Positions 26,173 through 40,645 are shown, numbered from the stretch's first letter. The stretch is DNA of 64,000 nt from Octopus vulgaris (GCA_951406725.2 OX597839.1:38750001-38814000); one strand, 5' to 3'. The notes: generated by a model not told the origin, from the letters alone. Translations and numbers: made by a program.

Positions 26173-26226
26173 TGAACAACCTTAATCGATTTTCGAACCT
26201 TATCGAGTTCTCAACAGAGGCGTCCA
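26173..26226 (-). ncRNA. Minimal type I hammerhead with A6U core variant
   Basis: TGGAC-GCCT CTGTTGA GAAC-tcgataag-GTTC GAAA ATCGAT TA AGGT-t-GTTCA; palindromic stem III AATCGATT. Confidence 0.65.
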
Positions 26227-26396
26227 CAACATTCTGACAGTCTCCAGATAAACAATCATCCAAACTGTTTATATACTCAACAAATGCAGCTGTTACTCTG
26301 TGAAGGAGTCCTTAATTTGCATATCAAAAGTGTTTAACACTATAAATACCAGTGGCCTGTCAACAGGGACCTTTGTCCACACAGCATCAAGATATG

Positions 26397-26471
<75 letters not shown>

Positions 26472-26711
26472 CGGCGGGCTTCTTTCAGTTTCCGTTTACC
26501 AAATCCACTCTTGTTTAAAATAAAACTCCTCATCGTCAAAGGCCTATTGAATAATTTTACGTCACAGATTGTCGCAGCAAGCTCAAGTAAATGGAGCCAG
26601 TCGCAATACCATAAAATATAAACGGTCCAGTTAATCCTTTTGATAACAAGCTACACCATACTGTAATTGTTGGTAAATTATCATACTGTTCCTCCGTAAT
26701 ATGCCAATCCC

Positions 26712-26792
26712 AGATACACACATATCTAAATACATATATACTCATACACATATACGTACAATCATATTCATATACATACCCAAACATGCACG

Positions 26793-26863
<71 letters not shown>

Positions 26864-27000
26864 ACACACTTTGAGCTAGCTACGTTTTCTCTCATTCCTT
26901 TACCAATACCCTTAGTCAAATACCAGTCGCATATTCTCATATTCTCATATTCTCATATTCTCATATTCTTCGAAGTATTCATACACCGTCATCATCAATT
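26712..27000 (+). repeat. About 280-bp local duplication (second copy 28590-28863)
   Basis: Same unique flanks around the (CA)n and (ATATTCTC)n tracts. Confidence 0.9.
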
Positions 27001-27375
27001 CCTTGAGGCATAGATTTTCTTGAAATCCGGCAATACGTTTCTTGTGCTCGTTCTTGCTTTGTGGGGCTAACCTATGCCTGCAGTCTTCCAGAATGATTTT
27101 TGTGGACATTCTGAACAGTTCCTTCTGCTTCAAAATTCCTCGAATTCGAGTGACTGTAAATCGCGTAGGCAGATCCCTTTGAAATTCCCCCTTAAACTGT
27201 TTTTACTCGTCGTCTGCATTTCAAACGTCCTGTGAAGCAAACTAAGATCAATTTTCTGAGTTCAAATCTCAGTCTGGCTCACTTCATTATTTCTAAAGCG
27301 TCAAATCAAAAAAGAAATGAAATTTAAGTCAGTTATCAGCTGTTAAAGTGTTTATACACTTTTTTGGACACCCTG
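27001..27375 (-). mobile_element. Tc1/mariner-superfamily transposon, 5' relic
   Basis: TIR-like cagggtgtccaaaaaag; translation QFKGEFQRDLPTRFTVTRIR..FEAEGTVQNVHKNHSGR (HTH region followed by the SGR(P) motif). Confidence 0.75.
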
Positions 27376-27399
27376 CACACACACACATACACAGAAATG

Positions 27400-27445
<46 letters not shown>

Positions 27446-28231
27446 TATACACATATACATTCATACAAATATACATACACTCATAGAGCATAAGGCATAT
27501 ATCTGCATATGTACACATATGTATGTATGTATATATTCATGTATATATATGAATGTGTTATTGTATATATATATATATGCATACATACATACATGCATAC
27601 ATAATACATACATACATACTAACATACACACTCTCACACACATATATTTGCTGTCAGTTTTAGCGATAAATAACCTGTCTAAATGAGAAAGTTTCACAAT
27701 TTCCTGACGTAAATTGTCTTACATAGAACTTGTTGACCATTGACCTCGCTCTAAATTCGGAAACTTCATTTGGACTCAACACATACACACGGCTGATTAT
27801 ACACTCACATACATACATGCATGAATACATACATGCGCATATAAATCTATATACATACATACATACATACACTCATACATATATACGCACATACAGGTGT
27901 ATGCAATGATATACACGACTGGCTACATACAAACGTATGCACACAATGCATATATACATATGCAGTATATATATATATGCAGTATATACATACACACACA
28001 CGTATAGACACATGCATACATACACACATAGACAGATATATCTAAACATAGAAACATACACAAACATCATACGCACAAATCGTACTTGCATTTATAGAAT
28101 ATATATATATATATACACACATACACACACAGACATTCATATATGCATACACACACATCATATTCATACATAGATGCATAAAAAATATATATAGATGCGT
28201 ACATAATACATACCTACGGACACATACACCT

Positions 28232-28270
<39 letters not shown>

Positions 28271-28665
28271 TAAGTATATACATACATAAATATGTATATA
28301 AATATCTACGGAAAAGCACATACACACATATATACTTACATACATGCATACATAAATATATATATACACTGATATACTCATACATACATAGATGCATCTG
28401 TACACACACTTATACATACACACATACATACATACATACATACATACATACATACATACATACAAATGTACGTGGGAAGATACACTCTTACATACACACA
28501 CACACATATTCATACGTATATATATATACGCTCATACATACATAAATACGTATATACATATCATCACAAAAAGGCATACATACACACCTAGATACACACA
28601 TATCTAAATACATATATACTCATACACATATACGTACAATCCTATTCATATACATACACAAACAT

Positions 28666-28741
<76 letters not shown>

Positions 28742-29387
28742 TTTGAGCTAGCTACGTTTTCTCTCATTCTTTCACCAATGCCCTCAGTCAAATACCATTC
28801 GCATATTCTCATATTCTCATATTCTCATATTCTTCGAAGTCTTCATACACCGCCATCATCAATCTTTAATTACTGTCCATAATTATCTCGCTGCCTACGG
28901 ACCTTAAGGGTTTGTCCTCATGCCTGACGGTAGGTGGCAGTAATAGTACTGTGCTTGTCTTGTTGGCTCATGTGAAAAACGGCGGGAAGATGGTGGTGGT
29001 GGTGGTGGTGGTGGTAGAGGTGGTGGTGCCAATGACGTCATTGTTACGTGTGACGACTTATCTTGTGCTGGAGATGGTGTGTGGACCGATTCAGTTCTTG
29101 ATTGGTGGAGATGGTTGTGTACAGTGATAGTTTGCGTGTGTGTATGTGTGTAGGCGTGTGTTTGTACATGTATGTGTATATGCGCGTGTACAAAAACGTG
29201 TGTTGACTGGTTTTTTTTTGAAAAAAATTCGCCGAAGATTTCCGAGTTTGGTGGATGTGTGGCCTCATCTGTTTCCCGGTTTCACGGCGTATATATGTGT
29301 TGTGGAAGGATTTTGACTACCACCACGTGGCCAATAGAAGACTGGCGCGTTTCAGTAAAATAAACTGTGTGAACTGTCGACAGTTCA

Positions 29388-29551
29388 GGGCAGGAGTGGC
29401 TGTTTGGTAAGTAGCTTGCTAAACAACCACATGGTTCCGGATTCAGTCCCACTGTGTGGCATCTTGGGCAAGTGTCTTCTGCTATAGCCCCGGGCCGACC
29501 AATGCCTTGTGAGTGGATTTGGTAGACGGAAACTGAAAGAAGCCTGTCGTA

Positions 29552-29630
<79 letters not shown>

Positions 29631-29841
29631 TTGTGTGTCTGTGTTTGTCCCCCTAGCATTGCTTGACAACCGATGCTGGTGTGTTTACGTCCCCGTCGCT
29701 TAGCGGTTCGGCAAAAGAGACCGATAGAATAAGTACTGGGCTTACAAAGAATAAGTCCCTGGGTCGATTTGCTCGACTAAAGGCGGTGCTCCAGCATGGC
29801 CGCAGTCAAATGACTGAAACAAGTAAAAGAGAGAAAAGAGT
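29388..29841 (+). mobile_element. SINE S1 full length
   Basis: As other S1 copies. Confidence 0.92.
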
Positions 29842-30074
29842 TGACCGCGGTGACCGTTTGTGTTGGATTACTTTGTTAGTTTAATATCGTTCCAACGTTT
29901 GGCGTAGCACGGAGCACGTTCTGTGCGAACATATTTATTCTGCAAAAGGTTATTTTAGATAACCATATCCAAATACTTATTTGGGTAACACTTTTCTGCA
30001 CCAATCTTCACTACAACGTCGTCATAACATTATTGGCGTCGAGATATTCAAACCTCCGAAGACATGGCAATATT

Positions 30075-30595
30075 CTCCCACCAGGACGGGACGCCAGTCT
30101 GTCGCAGGGTTACTCATTTTTGCCAGCATAATGGACTGGTGAAGGCGCATGGCTCAGTGGTTAGAGCATCGAGCTTACGATCGTGAGGTCGTGAGTTCGA
30201 ATCCCTGACCGGGCTGCGTGTTGTGTTCTTGAGCAAGACACTTTATTTCACATTGCTCCAGTTCACTCAGCTGTAGAAATGAGTTGCGACAGCACAGGTG
30301 CCAAGCTGTATCGGCCCCTTTGTCTTTCCTTTGGATAACATCAGTGGTATGGAAAAGAGGGGAGGCCGGTATGCATGGGCGACTGCTGGTCTTCCATAAA
30401 CAACCTTGCCCAGACTTGTGCCTGGGAGGGTAACTTTCTAGGTGCAATCCCATGGTCAGTCATGACCATGGACTGGAGCAACGTGAAATGAAGTGTTTTG
30501 CTCAAGAACACAGTGCATTGCCCAGTCCAGGAATCGAAGCCATAATCTTACGATCATAACTCCAACACCGTAACAACTAAGTCACGCATCTCCAC
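30075..30595. mobile_element. SINE S4 (+, 30140-30467) nested in SINE S3 (-)
   Basis: TSD atggactgg at 30131-30139 and 30468-30476. Confidence 0.9.
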
Positions 30596-30816
30596 TTTCT
30601 AAAGTGTCGCTACGGCAAGGCCGCATTCAAATGCCTGGAACCAAAAAAAAAAAAAAAAAAAAAATACGAACCAGACGAAATGAATGAGAAATGGTTTTGT
30701 TATTGCTAATAACATTGCTAAAGTGAAAGGTAATCCAAATGGTTTTATTGTTGCTAATATCATTATTAAAACGGAAGATAATCCAAGAGAACTGAACTGT
30801 TTAAAAATAACGATAC

Positions 30817-30968
30817 CGTTACTTAGCGGTTCGGCAAAAGAGACCGATAGAATAAGTAATGGGCTTACAAAAGAATAAGTCCCTGGGTCGAGTTGCTCGA
30901 TTAAAGGCGGTGCTCCAGCATGGCCGCAGTCAAAATGACTGAAACAAGTAAAAGAGTAAAAAGAGTAA
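30817..30968 (+). mobile_element. SINE S1, 3' fragment
   Basis: Matches the S1 tail. Confidence 0.85.
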
Positions 30969-30984
30969 ACGTGTTTCATATGGG

Positions 30985-31037
<53 letters not shown>

Positions 31038-31286
31038 ATCTCGCGCATGCTCACTCGGAGGAGTGTTGGGTTTCAACTTGATGTTCATCAGTCAAATTTC
31101 TATGACGAGTAATTGAATCAATTGGTTGACCAGTGCTGTGCAGTGGGATCTAATCTGGATCTGTAGGATTCCGAAATTAAATTCTTAATCATAGAAAATG
31201 TTCTGTCTGTTTGTCTGTCCATCTGTTCATCTAAGGGTCTGCCTTTCTATATGTCTGTCCATAGGTTTGTTAGTCTGTCCATTTGT

Positions 31287-31369
<83 letters not shown>

Positions 31370-31487
31370 CCTGTCTACCTGTCTACCTGTCTATCTATCT
31401 ATCTATCTATCTATCTATTTTTCTTTCATTTTAATTCATTTATCTGACCTGACCATTTATCTGTTTGGTTATATGTCTGCCAAGCTG

Positions 31488-31541
<54 letters not shown>

Positions 31542-31868
31542 GACAGATACACTCACGCGCGCACATATAATCGTCTATTGAGTTAAAGCATAGAGAATTA
31601 GTTGATTACTAAATTAATAAATTAATCAAAAGAAATCCACCTGCAACCGCCTACACTTCCCACCCCACACAACCCCCCTGTCCGGCAAGCCTCCACGTAT
31701 TCCCTCACCCCCATCTCCTCCATCCACCCTCACCGCCACACAAAATACAGACTCTTACATTGTATTACCTGGTTCAAATGATATGTGTATGTGTGTGTAG
31801 GTGTATATGTGTGTGTGTGTGTTTGCGAATGTAAATGTGTTTCTCTAAGTAACTAACCCACACTCTAG

Positions 31869-31927
<59 letters not shown>

Positions 31928-32106
31928 CGTACGTATGTATGTGTGTGTGTATGTATGCATTTATATATATATATACTTATATGCACACAGACATATACAT
32001 ACATACACACACATATATATACATACATATGCATACATATATATATATATACACATATATATACATACACAGACATACGTACGTACGTTGGTATGTATTA
32101 TGCATG

Positions 32107-32144
<38 letters not shown>

Positions 32145-32178
32145 CATATATATATATATATAGACATATATATATATA

Positions 32179-32228
<50 letters not shown>

Positions 32229-32315
32229 CACACACACACATACATACATACAAAGACATACGTATGTTTGTATGTATGTACGTACATTGGTATGTATTAT
32301 GTATGTATATATATG

Positions 32316-32383
<68 letters not shown>

Positions 32384-32490
32384 TATATACATGTATATAT
32401 ACACATACATACATATATATATATACATATATATACATATATATATACACATACATACATATATATATATACATATATATACATATATAT

Positions 32491-32579
<89 letters not shown>

Positions 32580-33015
32580 TATATATCTTAACTTATCCAA
32601 CCAACCAACCAACCGACCCTCCATCCGTCTCCAATAAAACAAAAATTTCAGCTGATTTACCGACAGCAGTCGTTTATTACAAAGTTAATTAATATATATT
32701 CAAACAAAATGGGAATTTAATTAACAATCTAATTAGTAAAGACGTTCATTACGCGCATATCTCTCTTTCTTCCTCGTCTCTCATTCTCTGTCCGCCTTTG
32801 AAATCATTGCAAACATAACGTAACCTGATTTATTCAATTCCATGTTTGCATTATACCGTTCTGTCATTGTTCAGTATCGTCGGTCCCAGCATGTAATAAC
32901 CGATCGTCTGCCTGTGCGCATGTCTGTCTGTGTGTCCCCTTCTATGTGTATGTATCGCAGTGCAAGCAAGTGTGTGATGCCTGATGATGATGTACTTGTT
33001 AGACGGGCATGACGT

Positions 33016-33290
33016 GGAGGCGCAAAGGCCCCAGTGGTTAGGGCAGCGGACACGCGGTCGGAGGATCGAGGTTTCGATTCCCCAACCGGGCGTTGTGTGT
33101 GTTTATTGAGCGAAAGCACCTAAAGCTCCCCGAGGCTCCGGCAGGGGGTGGTGGCGACCCCTGTTGTACTCTTTCGCCCTAACTTTCTCTCACTCTTTCC
33201 TCCTGTTTCTTGAGTAACGCTGCAATGGACTGGCGTCCCGTCCAAGCTGGGGGGGGGGGGCACATACGCCGGCAAACCGGGCCCATAAAT
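33016..33290 (+). mobile_element. tRNA-derived SINE, family S6 (V-domain-like 3' part shared with S3)
   Basis: A/B-box head; copy at 57900-58180 (-). Confidence 0.85.
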
Positions 33291-33329
33291 AAATAAAAGA
33301 CGAGCATGTCCATCACTAACATGTAGCAT

Positions 33330-33680
33330 CAGTGACACCCGACCAAGGGCTTCAAATCGAGCACGGCCTGCACGACACCGCGCCGGCCCTCCCTAGCAGT
33401 ACCAAAGCACTCAATGATGAGCAAAGCGTGAGATATCCGGTTCAGCAAAACAGTGGACCTTATGTACGAGTTAACCTTCTCCTAGAGGGATGCCTTAACA
33501 AAGACCTGGACCCTCAAGTCCAGTAGGCTTTTTGCAACTTCGGAGCCCAACCCGAGTATTTCTACACCCCGTCGCCCATGTGCTAGCTAACCCGTAGGTT
33601 TGATCCAGAGAGGCGCTATTACTCTGGGTCAGAGAAGATCTTGGGACAGTAGTGGCTAAGAGGACGATTCTACACTCCTC
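33330..33680 (-). mobile_element. Probable RTE-type 5' UTR-derived fragment
   Basis: GC-rich; minus strand ggcatccctctaggagaaggttaactc resembles a motif I recall from RTE 5' UTRs. Confidence 0.4.
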
Positions 33681-33699
33681 AAAACATTAGAACTCCTGA

Positions 33700-33778
<79 letters not shown>

Positions 33779-33872
33779 ATACAATTGTTTGTTTGTATTC
33801 CACCTGCTTTCGTCTTTTGTTTATTTCCGTAAACCTGCCTTCGTCTTTTGTCTATTTTCATAAAGCTTCCCG

Positions 33873-33907
<35 letters not shown>

Positions 33908-33962
33908 TGAGTCGTCTCAGAGAGCAGAAAAGGCGCATCCGTATATCTATCAGTAGAGTGGG

Positions 33963-34216
33963 TATATTATCCTAAATGTATAGTATCAAATATCCACCAC
34001 GGCTGGTCTTACCAATTTCGCGTAAACAATGCAATGGAGTGTTAGGTAACAAACCGATTATATAACTTTATACTCATCAGAGTTACCCGATATGGAAGGG
34101 GATATGGCGACTAGTTATATAATGGGTTTGTTACTTAACACTCCATTGTATTCTTTACGCGAAACAGATTGATAAGATCAGCCGTGATGGATATTTAATA
34201 CTACACATTTCGGGTA

Positions 34217-34221
<5 letters not shown>
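33963..34221. repeat. Fold-back inverted repeat, arms about 105 bp, in a (TA)n-flanked element with a rearranged HHR-like motif
   Basis: 33963-34067 pairs with 34113-34221. Confidence 0.92.
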
Positions 34222-34292
<71 letters not shown>

Positions 34293-34455
34293 GTACATAT
34301 ATATATATATATATATACATACATACACATATATACAATTATATATATAAATACATATATATGCGTGTGTGTGTATGTATATATGTATGTACATGAATGT
34401 GTGCGTATGCACGAGTCTATGAATGTGTGTACATATTTACTTGCCTACATGTCTT

Positions 34456-34785
34456 GTGAAGGCGCATGTCTTAACGGGTAGGGCATTCGGTTCACGATCG
34501 TAAGGTCGTGGGTTCAATTCCCGGCGACGCGTTGTGTCCTTGAACAAGACACTTTATTTCACGTTACTCCAGTCCACTCAGCTTGCAAAAAATAAGTTAT
34601 AGCTGTAACTCAAAAGACCAGACATTTAATATTTCGTGTCATGCTAACTCTCCTTGAGAACTATGTTAAGGTTACCCGTGTCTGTAGAGTGCTCAGCCAC
34701 CTGCTCGTTAATTTCACGAGCAGGCTGTTCTGTTGATCGTATCAACTGGAACCCTCGTCGTCCTAACCGACGGAGGGCCAGTTTC
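34456..34785 (+). mobile_element. tRNA-derived SINE with S4-like head and a different 3' part
   Basis: gggttcaattccc B box; gtgtccttgaacaagacact segment. Confidence 0.75.
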
Positions 34786-34869
34786 ATGTTTTAGTAAGAA
34801 AGGGTAAATTTTGGTAGTGCATGTAAAGAGTTATCTGTGCACGCGTGCGCGAGTATATATATATATATA

Positions 34870-35099
34870 TTTCTTTACTACCCACAAGGGGCTAAACACA
34901 GAGGGGACAAACAAGGACAGACAAAGGGATTAAGTCGACTACATCGACCCCAGTGCGTAACTGGTACTTAATTTATCGACCCCGAAAGGATGAAAGGCAA
35001 AGTCGACCTCGGCGGAATTTGAACTCGGAACGTAACGACAGACGAAATACGGCTACGAATTTCGCCCGGCGTGCTAACGTTTCTACCAGCTCGCCGCCT
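34870..35099 (-). mobile_element. SINE S2 full length
   Basis: As 12518-12749. Confidence 0.92.
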
Positions 35100-36285
35100 T
35101 ATTAGTATATATATATATATATATATATAGTATATATATATATATAGGTAGTGGGTAGCTCTTTTCTTCACTACTTCAGGGAGTGACGACCCCGTCTTAC
35201 ACGAGTCCCGGGCTCAGCTGGCTCCGGCTGACAGTACCCGGTATGGGCCCCTATCCAGGGTAACGGAAAGGAGTCAACCTTCAAAGAAATCCGGAGTGGA
35301 GCCTCGTAGGAGGTTTAGTGTTCGACTCGACACTCTTCCTGCATCCAAGCTGGTGCCAAACGTAATGCTCTGCCCTCCGTTGGACTACGGCAGCAAGGTC
35401 GAGAGCGGGATCCTGACGATTGGGATACCCAGGGTTTTCTTATATCTAGCCCAGGCCTGTGCAAAACAGGAGAGGACATGAAATATAAAAACCAGACTGG
35501 ATTGTTTTTCTAGTTTAGACACAAGGCCCGAAATTTGGGGGAGGGTGCAGTCGATTTGATCCACTCCAGTACGCAACAAGTACTTAATTTCTCGACCCCG
35601 AAAGGATGACAGGCAAAGTCGACCTAGGCAGAATGTTGTAGAAATATTAAAGAAATTGTCAAATTTCTACTATTATTGCTTCGCAAAGAAGCTTTTTATA
35701 AAACTTGATCTAATTAATACAAATATAAAATTAATCAAAAATAAAAGGAAAACTGAGCTCATGTCAACTTACCGACACTTACATAAATTTTTCCTTGAGC
35801 ATTTCTAATAAGATTTAACAGGAAACAAATGACAACGTACGATGGACAAAGCGTAAGGCGTACAGAAAAAATCTTAAAAGAATTGATGTACGCGGATAAT
35901 CGATCAAACTAAACGAGGAATCTCGTGTCCAATCAGTGTTTATGTCAAGCAAATTAACATGTAACATACTTTCAAGATAAAGCTGTACCGATCAGATTTG
36001 AGATTTTCGAGCACAACATAATGAACACACACACACACTGATACATGTACGGCATGCACACACAGACAGAAATATATATGTTAGCATGTATGCGTGTATG
36101 TATGTAAGCATGTATGCATGTATGTATGTGGTTGTGAATATGCGGATGTGTGTATTCATATTTATCTGTATTTTCTCTTACTCCTCCTCTCTATAAGTCT
36201 GTCTGTCTCTTTCTATATATATATGTATGTATAGCTAGATAGATAAACGTATACACATATCTATATCTAATTGTTCCTTCTCTCT

Positions 36286-36373
<88 letters not shown>

Positions 36374-36386
36374 TTGTGTGTGAGTG

Positions 36387-36417
<31 letters not shown>

Positions 36418-37085
36418 ATACACACTTAGTATATAATTATTTAACTAAACATATATATACACACGCACACACACACACATACTCACGCGAATATTAACCC
36501 AGCAGGCAATTTTTAATATCAAAGAAGTTTCTTGAAAATGAGAAACCATAACTAAATATAACGATACATGCAACAGATCCAAAAACGTTTTCTAAAACAA
36601 ATTCACACACACACACACACACACATTTGTGTTAGCCGCAGGGATTATATGATATCTAACCTTTAACTTTAAGAAGATTCTATGTAAAATAGGGACTCGT
36701 TGGTTGTTGGGGATGGATGTCAGAAGCAACTAGGATATATATATATATGCACATATATATGTATATACACATGCACATATAATATATATAGACATATACA
36801 TATATACACATGTGTATCTTTGCATAAAGAACATGTATATACATACACATTTACATACTTAAATATAGATCAATATACATGCACAAGCACACACACACAC
36901 ACACACACATGTATATATGTATGAATGTTTTCACATAATATATGTGCCATTGTAAACACGTCATCTTAAGAGCAGCCATTTTGACATTGACGCATGCGCA
37001 CTCGCAAGTGCACACACATGCATATACACGTGAAACGGATTTACTGGATTTGCTAGGAAAAGAAGCCATATACACGTTTTATATA

Positions 37086-37164
<79 letters not shown>

Positions 37165-37168
<4 letters not shown>

Positions 37169-37350
37169 GAGTGGGGTGCTGAAAAGTTCCTGGCTTTAAG
37201 GGTGCATTGAAAGGCCTGATTGGAGGCTCAGTCTTCAGAGTTCATTTAAAGGGCCCCGAAAAATTGAAGGTCTGCAGCAATAGGTGTGTGAATTTGAGAG
37301 GAGAATATCTTGAATAAAATCATAATTAACTTATCCGCCTGTATTTCCTT
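37165..37350 (+). mobile_element. Internally deleted mariner element
   Basis: TIR-like ggggtgctgaaaagttcctggc (cf. 5640); encodes EKLKVCSNRCVNLRGEYLE* (mariner C-terminus). Confidence 0.75.
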
Positions 37351-37424
37351 ACAAACACACACACATACATACTTGAAAGAGGATGCGTGCCGTTCAATCA
37401 TATAATAATATAAATAATATATAT

Positions 37425-37827
37425 ATACTCTTTTACTCTTTTACTCTTTTACTTGTTTCAGTCATTTGACTGCGGCCATGCTGGAGCACCGCCTTTAGTC
37501 GAGGAAATCGACCCCGGGACTTATTCTTTGTAAGCCCAGTACTTATTCTATCGGTCTCTTTTGCCGAACCGCTAAGTAACGGGGACGTAAACACACCAGC
37601 ATCGGTTGTCAAGCAATGCTAGAGGGACAAACACAGACACACAAACATATACACACACATACATACACATATATATACATATATACGACAGGCTTCTTTC
37701 AGTTTCCGTCTACCAAATCCACTCACAAGGCATTGGTTGGCCCGAGGCTACAGCAGAAGACACTTGCCCAAGATGCCACGCAGTGGGACTGAACCCGGAA
37801 CCATGTGGTTGGTTAGCAAGCTACTTA

Positions 37828-37830
<3 letters not shown>
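37425..37830 (-). mobile_element. SINE S1
   Basis: As other S1 copies. Confidence 0.92.
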
Positions 37831-37896
<66 letters not shown>

Positions 37897-38027
37897 TATG
37901 TAGGCATAGGACGTCACGAAACGTGTACAAAACAAAAATATACGAAGTACGAGTACATTGAACATGAACTATTCTTTTGAACAACGAAAGACACAAATGG
38001 AAAACAAAAGAAACAACATGAAGGACG

Positions 38028-38091
38028 ATCCTTCATCAGTTGTTGGGTGTTTTTCTAGTCTCGTATTTCGAGCATTTAACAACAATATACG
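38028..38091 (-). ncRNA. Candidate non-circularly permuted hammerhead, second H2 copy
   Basis: CGTA-TA-TTGTTG ttaa ATGCTC-GAAA-TACG (16-nt linker) CAACAA-CTGATGA-AGGAT; stems I and III covary relative to 8828-8890. Confidence 0.65.
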
Positions 38092-38191
38092 CTTTCGATA
38101 AAACAGTTGCTCCCGCAAAGCAAATTCACCATGCTGGACCGCTGTAATCTACAAGTTTTTTCCTTCTCTCTCTATTTATTTTCTCTTATTC

Positions 38192-38227
38192 CTTTCTGCT
38201 GAAGAGCGTAGGCTCGAATCGTAAGAG
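38192..38227 (+). ncRNA. H1 hammerhead-like motif, degenerate (GAAT), in element 38160-38318
   Basis: CTTT CTGCTGA A GAGC-gtag-GCTC GAAT CG TA AGAG. Confidence 0.4.
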
Positions 38228-38314
38228 ACTTTTTTTATTTTCCCGAACGTCAAACTTATATACTTGCTTGTTATTCATACACCTGACTTCATATTTTATT
38301 TTTCTATCAATTTC

Positions 38315-38378
<64 letters not shown>

Positions 38379-38580
38379 TAAAATATTAGGGAATAAATCC
38401 AAACTTACAGGGAAAAATCAGATTTAGGATTGAATCCAATTTTATAGTAAAATATATATCATCTTTTATTAAACTTTTAATAATTTTGATATATATTTAA
38501 AATAATATAAATTAATTAATTTTATGTATTGGCTTAAGTTTTTCATTGTTTGATTTGCCTAATAGTGGTTTTATCTCTAA

Positions 38581-38643
<63 letters not shown>

Positions 38644-38993
38644 TGTATGTATGTATATCGTTCATACAAAAAGAAAATGGAAAAAGTCTTTGATGTTTCG
38701 AACATACGCTCTTTTACTAAAGGAACAGGGAAAGAAAATAGATGGAGAGAGGGAAATAATGAAGAGAAAAAAATGTGTCCGGATTAACGGTTGTACATGT
38801 TGAACTGACCGGAAATATATGTAAATTCAGTTGCCCTGCTTCACATAGCAAATACACCTATAAGCTAATGAAGTTGATTACGTGACTCATGTTCCCTTGT
38901 CATTCATTAATCAATATATACACACATACATATTTATATATATACATACATACACACACACACATATATATCTATATATCTATATATATATAT

Positions 38994-39394
38994 TCTTTTA
39001 CTCTTTTACTTGTTTCAGTCATTTGACTGCTGGAGCACCGCCTTTAATCGAGCAACTCGACCCCGGGACTTATTCTTTGTTAGCCCAGTACTTATTCTAT
39101 CGGTCTCTTTTGCCGAACCGCTAAGTGACGGGGACATAAACACACCAGCATCGGTTGTCAAGCGATATTGGATGGGACAAATACAGACACACAAACATAT
39201 ACACACACATACATATATATATACATATATACGACGGGCTTCTTTCACTTTCCGTCTACCAAATCCACTCACAAGGCTTTGGTCGGCCCGAGGCTATAGT
39301 AGAAGACACTTGCCCAAGGTGCCACGCAGTGGGACTGAACCCGGAACCATGTAGTTTGTAAACTAGCAACTTAGATATATGCAGCCACTCCTGC
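38994..39394 (-). mobile_element. SINE S1
   Basis: As other S1 copies. Confidence 0.9.
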
Positions 39395-39405
39395 ATATAT
39401 CTATA

Positions 39406-39443
<38 letters not shown>

Positions 39444-39811
39444 CGTTTAAATGCATACACACACATGCACACACATATATAATATGAAAGTGGGGTGTAC
39501 GAAATAGACGAAAGAAGTAAATTAAGGGCCACTTGTGAATTCCTGATAAATGAACCCTTCACCCAACGTTTTATTTATTTATCTATTTATTTAATTATTT
39601 ATGTTTGATGTTATAAGTGCTAATTCAAGATCGAAGGAATTTCAGAAATTGAGAAATGTTATCTAAACGAGGCCTTACTCGCTGTTATATATATATATAA
39701 ATAAATAAATATGTGATGCATGTATATATACACACATACATGATACACATGCATATGTGTGATGTGTGCATGGGTTCACACACAAACATATATACATACA
39801 TACACACACAA

Positions 39812-39868
<57 letters not shown>

Positions 39869-40283
39869 CATACACACACACATATATATATATACACACA
39901 CACAAGACTTTATATAATTCTTAATCTTGATGTGTCAGTGATTTACATAATGGATGTGTATGTACGTGTACATATAGATGTGCACATGTGTGTGTGTGTG
40001 TGTGTTTGTGTGTGTATATCTATATATATATACACACAAATGCCTATATATATATATATTTAATACATATATACACACACCTGTATATGCTCTGACACAA
40101 ACCCAGAACATACAGATCCCTCTCACTCATAATAAAAAAAACCTCGGCCTATTCTCAAATTAGGGTTCATTGTCGAATTCTTGGATAAATAAATCAACAG
40201 CCCTACCAAATTAGGATTTTATTCGAAACCTACCCCGTTATCTTTCTATTAACTCCCTGATTATATCATCATCGTCATCATCA

Positions 40284-40333
<50 letters not shown>

Positions 40334-40446
40334 TTTTTTTTTTAAATCTTTTTTTTTATCATTATTATTATTTTATCATTATATCTTGTTTTTGCCTTAA
40401 TTTACAGAAGCTGCACCCAAGCTGCACCTAATGTGGCCAATAAAGA

Positions 40447-40497
<51 letters not shown>

Positions 40498-40579
40498 GTT
40501 GTATTCTTTCTTCTTGTTACTCTTATATTAGGCTTGGTACTTAAATCAGAAACCCTTATTAACATCATTATCCTCATCG

Positions 40580-40632
<53 letters not shown>

Positions 40633-40645
40633 CTCATCCTCATCG

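Noticed and set aside
31061-31090. Minus-strand CTGATGA...GAAA
   Set aside because: It lies in a decayed SINE S1 body, and stems I and III do not form.
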